This document shows, one piece after another, positions 1 through 13,257 of a stretch of 64,000 nt of DNA. Made by a program: the position numbers and the translations under genes. Below the pieces are notes generated by a model that did not search any database, was not told the origin of the DNA, and was given only the letters and a program-made list of their open reading frames with translations. This DNA comes from Eledone cirrhosa (Eukaryota), in the NCBI GenBank assembly GCA_964016885.1, contig OZ024751.1, forward strand, positions 17,236,001 to 17,300,000, given 5' to 3'. The number at the start of each line of letters is the position of its first letter. Within the stretch, counting starts at the first letter, position 1.

Positions 1-35
<35 letters not shown>

Positions 36-666
36 TTCTTATATTCTTTTAATCTCCCCTCATCCTTAACAGCACTTTTCAACTGCATCTAATTCTTATT
101 TATCACATCTATATGTATTAGTATAATTTTATCAATATAAATATACCCATCAATTAAATTAATTTTATATCCTTTTCATAGATGTATTTTTTTTTCATTA
201 ACATCCTTATCTTAAAACTCTGGTCACCTTAGATATTTGTATTGGCATTACTATTTTATAACAGCAACTGCTTGTATACCTTCTACTGACCACCTGACCT
301 AGTTACACCCCTAAAATAAGTTTCAATTACTACTATTTTACCATTTGGCCAATTATTAACTTTCTATTGGTTAATTCTAAACCTCTTACCAAACAGACAG
401 AATATATTTGATCTTTGTTGGTTTTATTCAATGAACAAATAAAATTATTTCTGAGGTCAACATATGACCTACTTCTTCCCTAAAGTAATCCTTCATTCAT
501 AATACTCTTTTCCATCCAAAACTGAAATCTACCTTCCTCTACCCATAATTTAAGATTCTCCTAATATCACTATCTTGACCCGCACTATCTCCTGATTGAT
601 CAATTCAAAACCTGTTCCCAAACAGACCTATTGTATTGAATCTTTGTTCTTATCAATAAATAAGTA

Positions 667-808
667 TCATTATTTCTGAAGACAGCATATATATGTGAAG
701 GTATGTATATTCCCGCTGATAGTTTGTATAAATATTGTACATAGATCTATAGAATATGCATACCAACTCTAACACATATATATCCTAGAAACGATCGTAA
801 AATAATGA
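667..808 (+). ncRNA. Type I hammerhead ribozyme with long branched stem II (PLE-type)
   Basis: Stem I is a perfect 9 bp, TCATTATTT(667-675)/AAATAATGA(800-808). Core CTGAAGA is at 676-682. Stem II includes ATATATATGTG/CACATATATAT and GGTATGTATATT/AATATGCATACC. GAAA at 788-791 is followed by palindromic stem III CGATCG and the cleavage triplet GUA (797-799). Confidence 0.8.
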
Positions 809-998
809 GATTTGTTTAATATAAGGAACTGTTTCTTTGTTTATTCATTATTTTTTTAATATTTTATAAATATATATATATGCATATATATATATAATAT
901 ATATATATATATGCATATATATATGAGTATATGTATAAAATATATATAACTATAAAAAGTTTTAGTATATACATAACCATAAATAGTATCCTTAATAC

Positions 999-1040
<42 letters not shown>

Positions 1041-1671
1041 TATATATATATGAGTATATGTATACACACTCACACACACACATATATATAAAGGACATTT
1101 TTTTAATGGATATTTATTAAATATGCGTGTGTGTTCCTCACACCTGCCATATGTTCTGCAGTTATTTAATAATTAATTTTGCTTCCTTGCCTTTTCTCCA
1201 TTGTTTCGTGTGATTCCGATATTATTTGTTGCCATAATCATTCCCAGTTTGAGTCCGGAGTTGTCAGCGAGTATTAAGATATTCCTTGTTTGGTGTTTTT
1301 GCTATTTTGTTTTTCCTGTTTTCATGATATTTAACATATCAAGACCTTCCTTTTCCAGGGTCTTTAACAACACTTTACGTTTAGTTTTTTGCCTTTTAAT
1401 AATTAATGTTGTTGTTTTTCTCTTTAAAACTGTATGCAATTTCAACCGCTTTTTGTTTTCGAATGCATTGAGTTCCTTCAAGCCAGAATTCCTGTTGTAT
1501 GGTGCTGCGTAACATTCCATACCCTTGGTCATTGCGTATACACTTTCATGCATAGAGAACACACTACTAAGCTAAATGTTCCACGTAGTAATTCTATATA
1601 CAAACATCCGTTTTATTATTATTTTTCGTTATCAGATATTTGTTTATTTTTATGTTACGAACGTTATATAA

Positions 1672-2047
1672 TATGAGGGTCGGCTGAAAAGATTATTGGC
1701 TGAAAAATGTTATAGGCTGACCAAGATACTCTCATGGAATGACTAAATGAGTTTTATTTTTCAACAATACAATTATTAATAAGAACTGAAAACTATTCAT
1801 GCTAACCAAAATACTCTCACGGAATCACTAAATGAGTTTTATTTTTCAACAATACATCTATTAATAAGAACTGAAAACTCTTATAGGCTGACCAAGATAC
1901 TCTCATGGAATGACCAAATGTTTTTTTTTTCTTTTTTCATCAATGCAGTTATTAATAAGTAGAATTTAAATTAATACATGCAAGATTTCACAGCTCTGCC
2001 ATCACTCCTTCATAGTCAGCGTCTGAACCTTTCCGCCGACCTTCGTA
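1672..2047. mobile_element. Non-autonomous mariner-type MITE with an internal ~85-bp triplication
   Basis: Termini TATGAGGGTCGGCTGAAAAG and CCTTTCCGCCGACCTTCGTA are imperfect TIRs with TA ends. The unit ATAGGCTGACCAAGATACTCTCATGGAATGA... occurs three times. Homologous to 2506-2722 and 61267-61607. Confidence 0.7.
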
Positions 2048-2505
2048 TCTATTGAATTGTAGAATCCTTAACCCGTCCTAATAAAATGACAAATTATTAT
2101 GAGACCTTGCAGAGTACATTCTAAACATGGCTATTATTGTTTTCTCTATATAATCATGTTATACTATTTTGCTTTCCGGCTGGAATATTATAGATACAAC
2201 ATATAACTTCGGATAGTGATTAATCTTCTTTTTCTTATGTATGTTGGCAAAGTATTAATCTTAAGTATTAATCTAAAATGTATGTGATATCCATTTGTAA
2301 CCTCATCTATCATCTGTGTCAGATGTTCATTGATTGCTATGTATTTATGTTTGCTCTCATGTAATTTGGCCGTTCCCTTAACTAGTATAGTAGTATTCTA
2401 AATTGTCGTTTTTTCAAGAATGTCTTAATTATCTTGTATTGTTTTGTTTTTATCCCATATCAATAAAACTGAGAACTATATGCAGTATAGTGTTTCTGCA
2501 TTGTA

Positions 2506-2722
2506 TACCAGGGTCAGCTGAAAGATTGATAGGCTGACAATTTTATAGGTTGACCAAGATACTCTCATGGAATGACCAAATGGAGGTTATTTTTCAACAT
2601 AGTCTCTAGAAAGAAGCAATGCAGTTATTAATAAGAAGAGTTGAAGTCAATGCATGGACTATTTCACAGCTCAAGCATCATCTTTCATAGACAGCCAATA
2701 ATCTTTTCAGCTGACCCTCGTT
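2506..2722. mobile_element. Mariner-type MITE, same family as 1672-2047
   Basis: TIRs TACCAGGGTCAGCTGAAAGATT and AATCTTTTCAGCTGACCCTCGT, plus the shared internal GACCAAGATACTCTCATGGAATGACCAAATG. Confidence 0.7.
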
Positions 2723-2835
2723 TATCGAGGTAATCTGTCAATCGTAAAGTAGTTCCGTTGATTCCAGGGAATGGGTTGTGTGCTTGAACAAGCCTTCATG
2801 TTTCACATTGCACCAGTCAACACAGCTTGAAAATA

Positions 2836-2994
2836 TGGTTTCTATTTAGGTACACGGCCAGGAATTTTGAAATTGGGGGAAAAGCCCATTAAATTGATCC
2901 CAGTACGTGACTGGTACTTTATTTTATTGACCTCGTAAGGATGAAAAGCGAAGTTAACCTCAACGGGATTTGAATTCAGAACGCAAAGGGCCGT
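2836..2994 (-). mobile_element. Partial tRNA-derived SINE (Meta-domain type)
   Basis: Reverse complement of the family core CTTTGCCTTTCATCCTTACGGGGTCGATAAAATAAAGTACCAG. Confidence 0.75.
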
Positions 2995-3039
2995 TTCTTT
3001 ATGTAAAAAAGTGTGGTGTCTGACGCTGGAAATAATGTT

Positions 3040-3225
3040 GTTTACCTGTTATTCAGAGGAGTCGCCATGCCAGACACTGTGTCACGCTGAATCTCCCTTA
3101 CAACTATGCTAGTGGTTTACATTACGTAGCATACTCAGCCACTTGCACGTTAATTCTAAGAGCAGGTTCTCTCGTTGTTCTATCAACTCTCACACTCATC
3201 ACCGGAGCCGATGGACACCCAGTTC
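3040..3225 (+). mobile_element. Dispersed repeat, probably the 3' part of a CORE-type SINE
   Basis: TGTGTCACGCTGAATCTCCC...CTCAGCCACTTGCACGT matches 45460-45630 in reverse and 61800-61950 degenerately. The SINE assignment is from recall. Confidence 0.5.
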
Positions 3226-3304
3226 AGGCACACACACATACACACACACACATAATGACACACACACACACGTAAACATGCGTACTTGAAACTGTCTAAA
3301 CACA

Positions 3305-3605
3305 AACGTAGTAGTAGTAGTAGGTGTAGTGGGGTGGGGGTGTTGCAGTAGCGATGGTAGTAGTATTGGTTGAGCTGGTAGTAGTAGCAGCTGAGGTGGT
3401 GGTGGTGGTGGTGGTGCTGGTGGTGATGATGGTAGTTGTAGTCGTAGTTGTAGTATCAGGATTAGTATTAGTAAGTAGTAGTATTAACAGTAGTGAATGA
3501 TGTGGTGATTGTAGTAGCATTAGTAACTGATGTCGTTGTGCTGGTGGTAGCAGTAGTAGCAGTAGTAACTGATGTGGTGGTGGTAGTAGTAGAAGTAGCA
3601 GTAGT
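3305..3605. repeat. Compound (GTA/GTG)n microsatellite
   Basis: Direct reading. Confidence 0.9.
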
Positions 3606-4446
3606 TCTGAAAAACTTTGAGATTTGAGAAAATGACAAGAAAATCTAAGAAACGTAGGCGAACGTTATATGGTAAATGTCCAACATTATTGGATTAGTTC
3701 GATGTTTGTATTATTTTCTGAATTAACATCACTCAATATCCAAGTTTTCCTCTTTCCAGGAGGTCATTAAGTAAGGAATATGCTACCTACCACGCGCTCT
3801 CAATCTGCCCCTACTCAAAACGCTCCAAAACATTTTGGCATAATGCCTGTTACATTTTTACATTTTCTTTTTCAATTATATTCGAATTTATGGGGAATAT
3901 GTCTCAAGAGAGAAGCATAAATTAGGAAAAAAAAAAAAAAATTTGTTTAAATCAAAAACAGAAATTAAAAATTATAAATTGATATTGAAGAATGTAAATT
4001 CTTCCCAGAAGTTTAGAAGAAATAACTCATCTTTCTTTTACTATACAGGGAATATTTTTAGATATAAGTTGTTTCGAGATAAATAAAATAAACAATTAAA
4101 TAAGTGAAAAATAAATAGGAACAATGCAAAAATAAACCATTCAAATTTATGTGACTGAGGAATAAATAAATGCGGGAATATTGGATTAATGTTTCAGTAT
4201 ATGATTTAGAAATGCTAAGTGTTAGCTTATTCCTTCAAGAACATAGAATTACCAACAAAGAAGCAATAATTAACGGAGACACAGAGAAGTGAGAAGTGAG
4301 AATCGTATGGAAAATTGAAAGGAGATAAAAATAAATGGGTGGAGTGATGTGTCAAGCGAGGAGAATATAGAATATAATACATGAGAGGGGAAAATGAGTG
4401 TATTTATGGCACACACACAAACACACACACATACACATACATACAG

Positions 4447-4492
<46 letters not shown>

Positions 4493-4493
4493 G

Positions 4494-4525
<32 letters not shown>

Positions 4526-5438
4526 TATGTATATTTATATATATATATATATGTAAATATATATATATGTATATGTATATATATGCATATATATATATGT
4601 ATATATATATGTGTGTGTGTGTGTGAATCTATATATGTGTGTGCGTGTGTGATAGAGTATCAGTGTGTGAGTGCGTGTGTTTATTTAAAAAGGGAAAGCG
4701 AAAACATTCAAAAATTCTTAGGAGGTGACGAGGAAGTAAAAGACAGAATGAATGTGATAATATAATAATAATAATTTGTTAATATCAGGAAATAATAAGA
4801 TTAACACGTATAGAATTAGCAATAAAATGTAAAACATCTTGAAATCTTAAGATTGTGATAATGTCCTTGACAGAAATATATCTTGAGAACAATGTATCTC
4901 TGTATCTCTTGGTACATATTTCACACAGCCTCTTATTTAATTCCCTAAAGTAATCAACTGACTAATTTAAAGACATTTTCCATCATCTCACATTTTGCAG
5001 TTAGTTTATTCTAATAACATTTAAATCTACGACGTGTGAGGGTTCCTTTTATAACGAGACTTAGAATTTCACCTTTAATCATAACTTAATCATCTTACAT
5101 GTAGTTTAAATGTTTTTATGTTAAACATATTTTAAAAAAAAAAGTGTAATTTTCTTCTTCTTCTTCTTCTTCTTCTTCTTCTTCTTCTTCTTCTTTGTAA
5201 ACTCCGTGTGTCACACTGGGTTTCCTTAATTATTACATTAAGATGCATGTCTCCATGGAATACTACCTACACGTTAATTCCGTTTCGCGGCTAGTCTCTT
5301 TGATCAAACAAATGGAAAAAAAACATATTTGTTTACTATTTATTCCAATGCTTATTCAGAAAAAACGCGTGGAGCTTCCTGCTATCATATTTTATGTAAT
5401 GCCAAGAGCATATATATGCAGACTTTTTAGCTGGTTAT

Positions 5439-5624
5439 AATTGTTTCTACTTTTGGCACAAGGCCAGCAAAAACACCAGTGCATTACTGGTACTTTCTTT
5501 TATCGACCCCGTATGGATGAAAGGCAAAGTTAACCTCGATGGGATTTGAACTCTGACCATAAAGGGCCGTAACTCTTTACTGCAAAGCATGCGTCCAACC
5601 CTCTACCGATACTGCCAATCCACT
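5439..5624 (-). mobile_element. tRNA-derived SINE (Meta-domain type)
   Basis: Minus strand shows A box TGGCAGTATCGG, B box GTTCAAATCC, the family core and the CCTTGTGCCAAAAGTAGAAACAATT tail. Confidence 0.85.
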
Positions 5625-5936
5625 CTGTCTATAATGATTGCTGTTTTCCTGCGGCCATGTGGGGTACTCAATTATTTTAGTGTTTGGTTTCTTCATGTTT
5701 TCTTTGTGCCAAAAGTAGAAACAATTATTTTCTTTTCATCTTTGATTTCTTCTGTTGTCGCTTCCTTTGATGGCGAATCTGTTGTGTTTTCATTCAATAA
5801 GATTTGACCTATGTCTGCTATATATGAGACTATCCCTATTGTGTTGATTTATTTGAGTTTGGAACGCTGAGGTATTCATTATATAATGGGTACAGTAGTA
5901 TTCTATTCATATCCTATGAAATCATTGTTTGCTGTT

Positions 5937-5969
<33 letters not shown>

Positions 5970-6520
5970 GATCTCAGCTTATACTTGTTTATAATGTGCT
6001 AGGTAGACCCCCATTGCTAAAGAGCGATCTTCTGACTCCATTTCGAATAGTGAGTTCATTGGTAGATGGATTAATATTTCTACATATATTTACAGTGTAC
6101 GAGGTTTTTATAACTATGATATTCGTATTAATCGCGCTACGTAATTTCTACTGCATTAAATTTAAACTATGACGATCATCGCATCAGTGGACACTATTTT
6201 TATAGATATTATATTGCTAGTCATATATCATAAATAGCGTTGCTTTTGTATAAATTTGGCCATTTTTCATTATTTATGTGTCTCGTATTTGTTGGTTATA
6301 ATCGCATTTTATTATTATTTTTATTGTAAAGTTATGCGAAAGATAAAGACAAAGTAGACATAAAAGATAGTATCAGTTGTACTTACTGGCGCCTGCACTA
6401 TGGAAGTTATCTTTTATCCAATGCTCCTCTTTGATAGGGTGATGTTATTAAATCGTTGCACATAATTACAGATCAATCTCTCATCATTCATCTTGTCACC
6501 AGATATCATCGTCGTCGTTT

Positions 6521-6680
6521 TCTTCTTCTTCTTCTTCTTCTTCTTCTTCTTCTTCTTCTTCTTCTTCTTCTTCTTCTTCTTCTTCTTCTTCTTCTTCTTC
6601 TTCTTCTTCTTCTTCTTCTTCTTCTTCTTCTTCTTCTTCTTCTTCTTCTTCTTCTTCGTCTTCTTCTTCTTCTTCGTCGT
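6521..6680. repeat. (CTT)n microsatellite
   Basis: About 45 perfect CTT units. Source of the poly-L/F/R ORFs. Confidence 0.98.
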
Positions 6681-7039
6681 TTTAGTCTTCGTCTTCTAGT
6701 AGAAAAAAACAACAATACTCACTTCTGAAAATAAATGATAGCCAATCTAAAAATGCTTTTCTTAAGATTCCAAACATCTGAGAAGAAAAGCTGCCAAATA
6801 GTTAATATATTTGATAAGGTTGACATAAAGAATGAAGTCAGGAATATCAAAGAAATATGTGAGTCAAAACCTAGGAATGGGGTAGCCTCAGGTTGTAGAA
6901 AGCTAGATTTGTATTAATAGTTGTGTCTGTGCTGGAAGAAGGTGTTTATGATAGGAAGCTATTACTAGAACAGAAATCTAATAAGGCTTCTTAATTTCTA
7001 TTTAGATAGATATTGTCGATGATTCTAATCATCCATTTC

Positions 7040-8575
7040 CTTGACAGGTGCTCAGTGCCAACATTTCCATTGGTGTCTCCCATCGATCGCTGTAGTGACT
7101 TCATCAAGACAGTATCTGTAGTCAGACTCACTGTTTAGGGAACATACTTGCAGCACCAGAAATTAGGGTGCTAGAGGTAGATAAGCTACTCCAAATTAAG
7201 AGGTGAGAATGACTAAGGAAAGGATCGCAGGACAGATTGTACGCTCAAAGCCAACCGCAAGGAGACCCAGCTAGCTGGAAAAAATGGTTGGATGACTCCC
7301 ATGAGCTACGCTACACTTGCTTGAGGATCCAACCGGATCAATTGGGACAATTGCTTCAGACAGGACCAGCTAGAAAGCATCCTGGAAGACTGTGGCCACG
7401 ACCCTTCCAGCAATAAGTGGGCAAATAATAATTGTTTCTACTTTTGGCACAAGGCCAGCAATTACCCAGTACATTACTGCTACTTTATTTTATCGACCTC
7501 TGTATGGATGAAAGGCAAAGTTAACCTCGGCGGGATTTGAACTCAGATCGTAAAGGGACGTAACTATGCTGGAAAGCATATCCGACCCTCTACCGATACT
7601 GCCAATTCAATAATAATTAATATTATTTCTGGTTTTGGCACAAGGCCAACAATTTTGGGGGAAGGAAAAATCATTTAAATCGACCCATGTTTGTAACTGG
7701 TGCTTTATTTTATCGACCCCCTGGACGAAAGAATTGAATAGAACTGTTATGCAATGTTACCTGAAGAGTAACCCCAAGGAAAAAGGCTATAGGAAAAGGA
7801 TGCATAGCATCTGGAACGAGATTGGTCTATTTAAATTAGATGAACAAAAATTGGCCGGGTAGGCTCGGGTAGTAAGAACTAATGGATGGATAAGCGAGCT
7901 GGAACTGGAGCAACTCAGCAGAGAGATTAGATTGGAAATGGAGAGTGGATTATGCCAGGCAAACGAGCCAGTGGGAAATGAAGGTGAGGAGGGTGAGAGA
8001 ACGGAGGAAGCATCCGAAGCAGACAGTGATCTGAATGCTGAAATAAATAATACCTGGAACAAAGATACGGCCATTGAGGAAATGAATGCTGACGGGCTAG
8101 GAGAAGATTTGGTTGATATCCTAAACTTAGTGGTAGATGAAATGAACAATGATAGTGGGAAACCTATGAACCTAAGATTTGTAGACAGGAAAAAGTTAAA
8201 AGAAACAACAGCTAAGGTAAACAAAGTCATACCATACCTTGAGGCGAGGAACCTTCACCAGTGCAACAATATTCTCAAAGCAACAGCAAATGCGGTGAGG
8301 AAATTACTTGGCATAAAAGCGAGAGGAAATAACAAACAAGAAAGATCAGAACCTTCGTGGAAGAAACGACTGAATGGTCAAATCAGGGAAATGAGAAATG
8401 TCATTGGAAAGCTTGAGTCCCTACTGAATGGGACACTACGAAACATAGACACTAAAAATAGACTGGAAATAAAGTACAAAACTAGGAGGAAAAAGCTGAG
8501 GCTTCAGGTAGGAGCTTGATATTCATTTCAACAAACTTTCCAGTTAACTAACATCAATGTCTGAGACTCAAATAA
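7040..8575 (+). mobile_element. Decayed R4/Dong-clade non-LTR retrotransposon (N-terminal ORF region only), interrupted by SINEs
   Basis: Peptides WTKELNRTVMQCYLKSNPKEKGYRKRMHSIWNEIGLFKLDEQKLAG*ARVVRTNGWISELELEQL and EPSWKKRLNGQIREMRNVIGKLE match the R4/Dong/Rex6 N-terminus. There is an in-frame stop and no RT, and the element ends at a (TAA)n tract. The 5' boundary is uncertain. Confidence 0.75.
7430..7720 (-). mobile_element. Two Meta-type SINE copies (7430-7608 full, 7622-7720 partial) inserted in the R4/Dong remnant
   Basis: Family core and A/B boxes on the minus strand. Confidence 0.85.
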
Positions 8576-8594
8576 CAATAATAATAATAATAAT

Positions 8595-11500
8595 GATGAT
8601 GTCTTTATTGGCCACAAGGGCTGACATCAAGAAAACAATTCCAGACGGCACAGGACGGTACGATGTGGGTTTTGTGCGTGTAAATATTTTTATTATTTAT
8701 ATAAGAAAAGAAAAAAAGACATAGATACATATATATATATATAAACAATCAAAATGAAAATTGAAACAATACAAAATTCCCAATAGAGGGGAAACCTCCG
8801 AGGGTTACTCGTGGCGAAAACCACACAAAAGACCACGGCCACCCTGACCACCAGGGCAAGCGCCCTCTCTCAATTTTTCCATCTCTCAAACTACAATCGT
8901 ATATTCAGAGCGCTCCCGTTCACTCGGACCATTCTCGCTATTTTCACCCACCTTTCAACAAACTTGCTAGAAGGCAGCACTTACTTCTCCACCCTGATTT
9001 TCCTCTTCAAGTGAAACTTGAAAAAGTTAATTAGCGATTCGCCAAAGAGGAAAGTGTCTGTCTTTAACCCTTTCAACCTTGTCCACCACACAATCTCCTT
9101 CGCCAGGGCCACCAACAGATGAAAACCGCCTGCCCTTCCTCCCCGAGGGAAGACGGCGAGACCATCTGCACAATGGACTCAGTCGATAACCGGATCAGTC
9201 TAAAGGCACCACCTTCGTTATTGTTCACGTCCAGGACCACCAACTTCTCGTCCGCGTCCCGGAAGATCGACCTTACCTCGAGATCTAAGCCTTTCCTAAA
9301 CAGCACTGCCACCCCGCCACCCATTCCCGGCCGACTAACAGATGCAATGATCTGATAGTCGTCGAAAATGGGGGCTAGTGCGCGCGTGTTGAGAAATCCT
9401 GGTCTCGCTGATGGCAATTTCATCCATTTCTAAGACCTGAGGCCGTTAAGCAGGGGACCCTGCTTCCAGGACAATCCCAGGCCTCGAACATTTAAACTTC
9501 CTACTCTTAATACGGCTATGTTGGCAGGTTAAAAGAGAGAGAGGAAAGGTTCACTTACCTTCTGGGCTCTTGTGAAGGTCGGGTGGTTCGACCTCCATAG
9601 TTGGTTCTTTTGGTAACCCTTTTGAAAGTCTTGAAGTGGGTTTTACGTTCGGGGTTCCCACGTCCCGAGGAAAGCTGTCTCCTATCTCTCTGTATAAATC
9701 GAGCGACATTCGCACCAGAAACAAATCTTCCGGCACGCGAAATGTGCTCAATTAAAAAATTTCCTCCTCTTTTTGTATATTTTCACTTCGTGCCATCAGT
9801 TCCTTGTTGTCTCTTCTGACGAGCACGAAGTTTTGCATGTTTTGTTGGTGTGATTTTATTTGTTTACGTGGCTGTGGTGGTTGTGGTTTTGGTGGTGTTG
9901 TTTCGGTTGTGTCTGTGTTTGTTGTGATTGCGGTGTCTGTGGTTTCAGATGTTTGTGTGTGTATTTGTTCTTGCGTCTGTTTAGGTTGTTTGCGTTTGGG
10001 GGATTCTGGTGATGGTGATGGTGGTGTTGATATTGGTGTTATTGGAGAGATGTTTGCGTGGGTCGTGTCTGCATTTTTTATTGTGGGTTATTTTGTGCTT
10101 TGTTGAGTTTTTTTTTCCTTTTTGTGTTTTCTTTTTTGTATTTTGGGGGATTTTGGTTTTCCCTCATCTTCACTACTGGTAGATGAGGGGTCTGTGTTGT
10201 AAGTGTGTCTGTTTATGTTTTTATTGGTGTGTGTATTTTTTGTTTGGGGGTGGGGGGGAATTTGACAACTTTCCTCGTTTTCCACCTGGGTGGTCAATGT
10301 TGGTGGTGGTCTTTCTATTGGTGTTGTTGGTGGTTTTGCCGGTGCTGGTGTTGGTTGTGGTCCTCGCCCAGGCGTCGGCAGCAGTGGAGCCTTTCGACGC
10401 CTTGTATCTTTCAGTAGTTGAGGGCAGAAGGCTCGCAAATGGGTTTCTTCCCCACAAACAAAACAATGCGCCTTTGCCCTCGGTCATAATATGAATGACC
10501 GTCCCATCCTGAAGGCGGATGTGGTCCGGGATTGTCTTCACATTCTCGGGCCTGATCTGGATAAGGATCTCCAGGTCAACCCCTGACCAGTCCTCTCTGG
10601 CCATTCTTCTCACTTCTATCGGGACGGTATCCGTCCCCTCCACATTCACAGATCCCAGAAGCCACCATGTGTCAACTCCTGGTGGGATTCTGGGAATGCG
10701 GAGACGGGCCGTTCTTTTTCCAATGTGGGAGGGGTACATTATGACCTTACCGGTTTTGCAAGGAGTCATAGCGAGGCCTTTTGACTTGAACAGCACCGAA
10801 ATGGTGCCTTACTGTCTGCCCCTTGCTGTGTATTCGGTGTCTTCTCTGATGCACCTCAGCGCGACTTAGACATCTGCTTGTGGAATTAAAGCTGCCCTTT
10901 TGGTTTGTGCTGAGATGCATCTATAATGCACCGTTCTGCGCTCCACTGCCTCAATAGCTTCTACTGGGACAGTTAACATGGACCAGGTTTGCTCTTGCTT
11001 GATGAGCTTCCAGGCCTGGGCCAACTTTTCATCTTTGTTTCAGAGGTCCATGTTGGAGCATGGCCTCTTTTTTGCTGCTGCCGTGGCTAAAGTGGTATTC
11101 TTGTTGTCGTTGGGGGTGTTGTTTTTGTTGTCGTTGTTCTTGTTGGTGTTGTTGTTATCACTGTCGCTGTTATCATTGTTGTCTTTGGTGCCGCGTTGTT
11201 CTTGGTGCAGTTGGTATTGTTGCTGTTGGTGTGGTCGCTATTTGTTTTAACGTTAGTGTTGTTGATATTGTTGTTGCATTTGTCATTATTTCTGTTATCT
11301 GAATTTTCGTTGTCGCTGTTACTGTCATTTTTTCAAAATTAGAGTTTTCAGTGTTGTTATCATTGCTGTCTTTGTTCGCATTGTTTTTAGTAGTGTTTGT
11401 TGTATCAATTTCTGTTAATTTCGCCGTAGCGCTTCTCTCAACTTCTACGTCGTTGTCACACGACAGCTGCCATATCGCTGGGGGGCGTGGCTCAGGCAAA

Positions 11501-11712
11501 TTCTTTTGGTTTATTTTTTCTCGATAATTTTTTAAAATGTAAAAAGGTTCAAATATTTGGGCCAAGAGGCCCAAATATTATTATTTCTCCTTCGCAGCGC
11601 AAAGTCCAAGGGCTTGTATGCCTTACACAACAACAAAAAATTCAATAAATAAGTTTTGACAGGTAAATAAATAAACTTACGGGAGCGAGCAAAAAGAGGT
11701 CCGTTCAGACTA
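8595..11712 (-). mobile_element. Tx1/L1-clade LINE with both ends present but RT deleted, flanked by (TAA)n
   Basis: The ORF2 start reads VLRVGSLNVRGL (~9510) and GGGVAVLFRKGLDLEVRSIFRDADEKLVVLDV (APE endonuclease). It fuses at ~9195 to a C-terminus (RLSTESIVQM...) homologous to that at ~39610. A decayed ORF1 lies at ~10090-11100. The 3' end is CCCTTGTGGCCAATAAAGAC. Confidence 0.8.
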
Positions 11713-11754
<42 letters not shown>

Positions 11755-11757
<3 letters not shown>

Positions 11758-11940
11758 TGCTTCTACTTTTGGCACAAGGCCAGCAATTACCCAGTACATT
11801 ATTGGTACTTTATTTTATCGACCCCGTAAGGATGAAAGGCAAAGTTAACCTCGGCGGGATTTGAACTCAGAATGGCAAGGGCCGTAACTCTATGCGTCAA
11901 AGCATGGCGTCCGACCCTCTACCGATACTGCAAATCCCCT
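11755..11940 (-). mobile_element. Meta-type SINE within a (TAA)n microsatellite
   Basis: Full family sequence with (TAA)n on both sides. Confidence 0.9.
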
Positions 11941-11945
11941 GCACT

Positions 11946-12007
<62 letters not shown>

Positions 12008-12829
12008 GAGGAAGAAAAAGACACATCAATTTTATATGAACCATTCATTGCTTCAACAAAGTCAACGTTCCTTCCAATGTCGCTCTTTCCACATTTTGTA
12101 TTTAAAGTCAATTTCCGCTGTATATGCTAAGCTAACATTTATATTTTTGGTATCTCGTCTCATGACTAGCCCTTGATGTATGCACCATATATTTCTGCAA
12201 ATGGCTTTATCATCACAAAGGAATGTATTATTAATGTATGATTTTTGCTTTTAGATTTGACATGTTGTTTATCTCATGTTCATAGTCCCACCGCCGTTTC
12301 TTTCACAGATATATTGTCTTCAGTAAGCATAAATACATCTATTCGGAGACTGTTTTATAGAGGTATTTACCAATAATTATAATAAATATTCCCGAATATA
12401 TTCGCTTCGGTAATCTTTGAAGTATTTTATAGTGTACGTGTTACATATAATGTATGTGGATATTTCATAAAACTGCAATACTTTCTTGTGTAGTAAACCG
12501 CTTATGTGGCTGAAGAACGGGAAACTTGACAATATTATTGAATATTTCTTCACATCATCCTCATCAGTTCTCATGTTTCGTATACTGAATCATTTTATGG
12601 TCTTGGTGAAATAATGTTTTCACTTCTCAAAATATAACTTTGAATGATTTGCCGTTGCTGTTATGTCAACTATATACAGAACAAATGAAAGACTATTGAC
12701 TCTGTAAAACACTACTAAATGGTACAGAAAAGTAAATGAGAAAAAGAAAAAAAAAGGATCAGGCGGCGAAAGAAAAAGACAGGTGAGGGCTGACAGTCAC
12801 TACATCCCAGTTTGAGTCGTGCCTCAATC

Positions 12830-13045
12830 GCGCACCACGGATAGAATAGCAAAAGCGTTACTGCAGAAAATGCCAAAGACACCCGCGGCAACAACCACCC
12901 CACCTGTGGAACTCTCAACAATCGCGCTGCCGTCTTCACGATTTTACGGACGATATCAGCATTGTGGGGACCAAGGAAGCCAGAGGTCTCGACAGAGACC
13001 GGTTCAAAGAGGAAGCGGTCAGTCAGGCCACGGTATTTGACTCCA
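12830..13045 (-). pseudogene. C-terminal fragment of a CRE-like non-LTR retrotransposon (restriction-like endonuclease)
   Basis: KYRGLTDRFLFEPVSVETSGFLGP...WLLPRVSLA fits the KY..L...F.P...ET.G..G...WL.QR.S.A..RGNA pattern of CRE/NeSL elements. Confidence 0.65.
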
Positions 13046-13257
13046 GTAGCAACATATATAAAAGAGAAGTTGAAGTAAGAGACAGAGATGGGAAGCATTG
13101 TAGATGGATAATATAATCGACTAGATCACTCGGCTGATGACTATTGGGGGCCAGGGGCTTGTTGCCCATGCTTAGCTAAGGCGTGTTTCATTTCATTTTA
13201 ATACTTTGTGTAGCGATTATAACCTCTAAATATCGTGATATTATTTCAGCAGTTTTA

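Noticed and set aside
1140-1640. Minus-strand Lys-rich ORF with ILILADNSG, faintly like an SGNH-type LINE ORF1
   Set aside because: Too short and degenerate to assign.
12290-12570. Minus-strand CTGAAGA and CTGATGA motifs with nearby GAAA
   Set aside because: No stem I or stem II pairing; consistent with chance.
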